From the IMG/VR virus record IMGVR_UViG_3300045988_122718, positions 91,170 through 155,169 of that record: a stretch of 64,000 bases of DNA, one strand, 5' to 3'. This document shows, piece by piece, positions 62,800 to 64,000 of this stretch; the stretch's first letter is position 1; each line of letters opens with the position of its first letter. The DNA comes from a virus. The position numbers were made by a program, and so were the translations under genes. The notes below the pieces were generated by a model. The model was given only the letters and a program-made list of their open reading frames with translations. It was not told where the DNA came from and made no database searches.

Positions 62800-63165
62800 T
62801 TACTTGATAGGTTCGTATGTTCCAACGACTCTGCCAGATTTGCCAAGAACGCCAATTTTTTTGGCAGTAGCTTTATACAAAGCCTTGTCAAAATACATTC
62901 CAGATTTTGGAACATATCCCATAGCTTCATAGACTTTAGCACGATTTTCGTTAGCAGAGCTGACTTTCTTGTGAGTTTTGAAAAACTCCTCTCTTTCAGC
63001 ACTTCTTTCAGCCTTCATATTCTCCCATTTCTCAGCTTTGCTGAGTCCTGTAGTACGGTTAGGTTTAGAAGCCTTCTTTTCGGAACCTTCGTTGCTCATA
63101 GCAACGATTTGCTCAGTAGTGAACCCCATAGCCATAAGATCCTTGATTTCGTTGATGCTAAACAT
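62800..63165 (-). CDS. Hypothetical protein
   Basis: 121-aa ORF MFSINEIKDLMAMGFTTEQIVAMSNEGSEKK; first gene at right side of the leftward gene run. Confidence 0.65.
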   Translation of the reverse strand: MFSINEIKDLMAMGFTTEQIVAMSNEGSEKKASKPNRTTGLSKAEKWENMKAERSAEREEFFKTHKKVSSANENRAKVYEAMGYVPKSGMYFDKALYKATAKKIGVLGKSGRVVGTYEPIK

Positions 63166-63959
63166 AAAATACTCCTATCTGTTACTTGCTACTGAAGTAA
63201 CTAAAGCTAACTAAGCTCAGTCAGTGCTGAGCCGTTGCCCAAACTCAGAATAGCATATTTTTTTTGTTGTTTTCGGATTGCCAAAACCAAAAAACTTCTC
63301 AAAATATCAATTTTGAGAAAATTGAACCTGGGGGTACATAAAACTGGCAAAAGCATTGAAAATAAACAATTTTGTAAGATGAGGCTATTTTGTATACTGA
63401 CTTGAAAATAAGAAAATTTTTCTCAAAACAAAAATCACAACAAATACTCTAAAATCATCCAACCCAAAGCAACGAATCCAAACCTATATCCCCACAAACC
63501 AACTCCCAAATCATTCACATTTTCACCCTATAATACACCCATCAATTCCCAATTCCCAAATATAAAAGCATCCCACTTCCACATCTCCAAATCCATCATC
63601 CAACAAATTTCTTTCGTATCGTACAAACATTCTACTTTTAAGCAACACAAAACAAATCACCAAATTCCTTGTCATATTGTACTAATACATTAATACAAAA
63701 TCTAAAATCATAAGTGATCCACTATCGTCCTTCTCATCATCAAAACAGACCTCTCAAAAATTTACTTTCTCACACTCCTATAAATACCCCTCCACATATT
63801 TTTAAAACAATCCTCTACAAAACCCCTACCATACCGGGGTACTTTCAACTACACCATATACAATCATCTATATGAGTCTATACATAAAATAAAACGGCAA
63901 AGCCAATATCTATAAAACATTCTGGACTCCAAACAAAATAAAAAGTCCAAATTTTGGAC

Positions 63960-64000
63960 ATATAACAATATAATATATAATATAATATATAATATATAAT
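63960..64000. repeat. Low-complexity ATATAAT repeat
   Basis: Repeated ataatataatatataat to the window edge. Confidence 0.8.

Noticed and set aside
1-64000. CRISPR arrays, IS elements/transposases, rRNA genes
   Set aside because: No regularly spaced direct repeats with spacers, no transposase ORF and no rRNA-like sequence seen.

Overview
This 64-kb window looks like part of a large Firmicutes-type (SPbeta-like?) bacteriophage genome. Essentially all convincing genes lie on the minus strand. From high to low coordinate they include many small accessory ORFs, a tyrosine recombinase plus an integrase-fold MrpR/YopR-like protein, a replication block (SSB-like, Sak4-like ATPase, DnaB-like helicase, primase, RecJ-like nuclease, DnaE-type Pol III alpha), vWA proteins, a PurA-like enzyme, a Ro60/TROVE-vWA (DUF2828-like) protein, about 20 tRNA genes (17.0-23.5 kb), SHMT, a cysteine desulfurase, a 3D-domain protein, HD proteins, an Rnl-type RNA ligase, an RlaP/YcgL-like nucleotidyltransferase, a kinase-HD fusion, LigA and a guanylate-kinase-like protein. 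The most notable observation is in the tRNA array. Four tRNA genes (Lys-UUU, Gln-UUG, Ile-UAU, Leu-UAA) are interrupted in the anticodon loop by 47-76-nt inserts that share one covarying fold: a 7-position outer helix, a variable middle hairpin, a 5-bp helix closed by a 7-nt GGCAGNA loop, and a 3' terminal RCCA abutting the 3' exon. The inserts resemble minimal acceptor/T-arm RNase P substrates rather than group I introns. Removing them restores canonical anticodon loops. The same array has five H-type pseudoknots, four of them 7-9 nt upstream of tRNA 5' ends, a tRNA-Asn with a 44-nt insert at the D/anticodon junction, and a ~400-nt structured non-coding region. Three tandem paralogous stem-loops precede the Ro-like gene, and RNA-repair-type enzymes are encoded nearby. 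I propose a phage tRNA mini-intron and RNA-processing system. All structural calls were made by eye and need computational and experimental testing.
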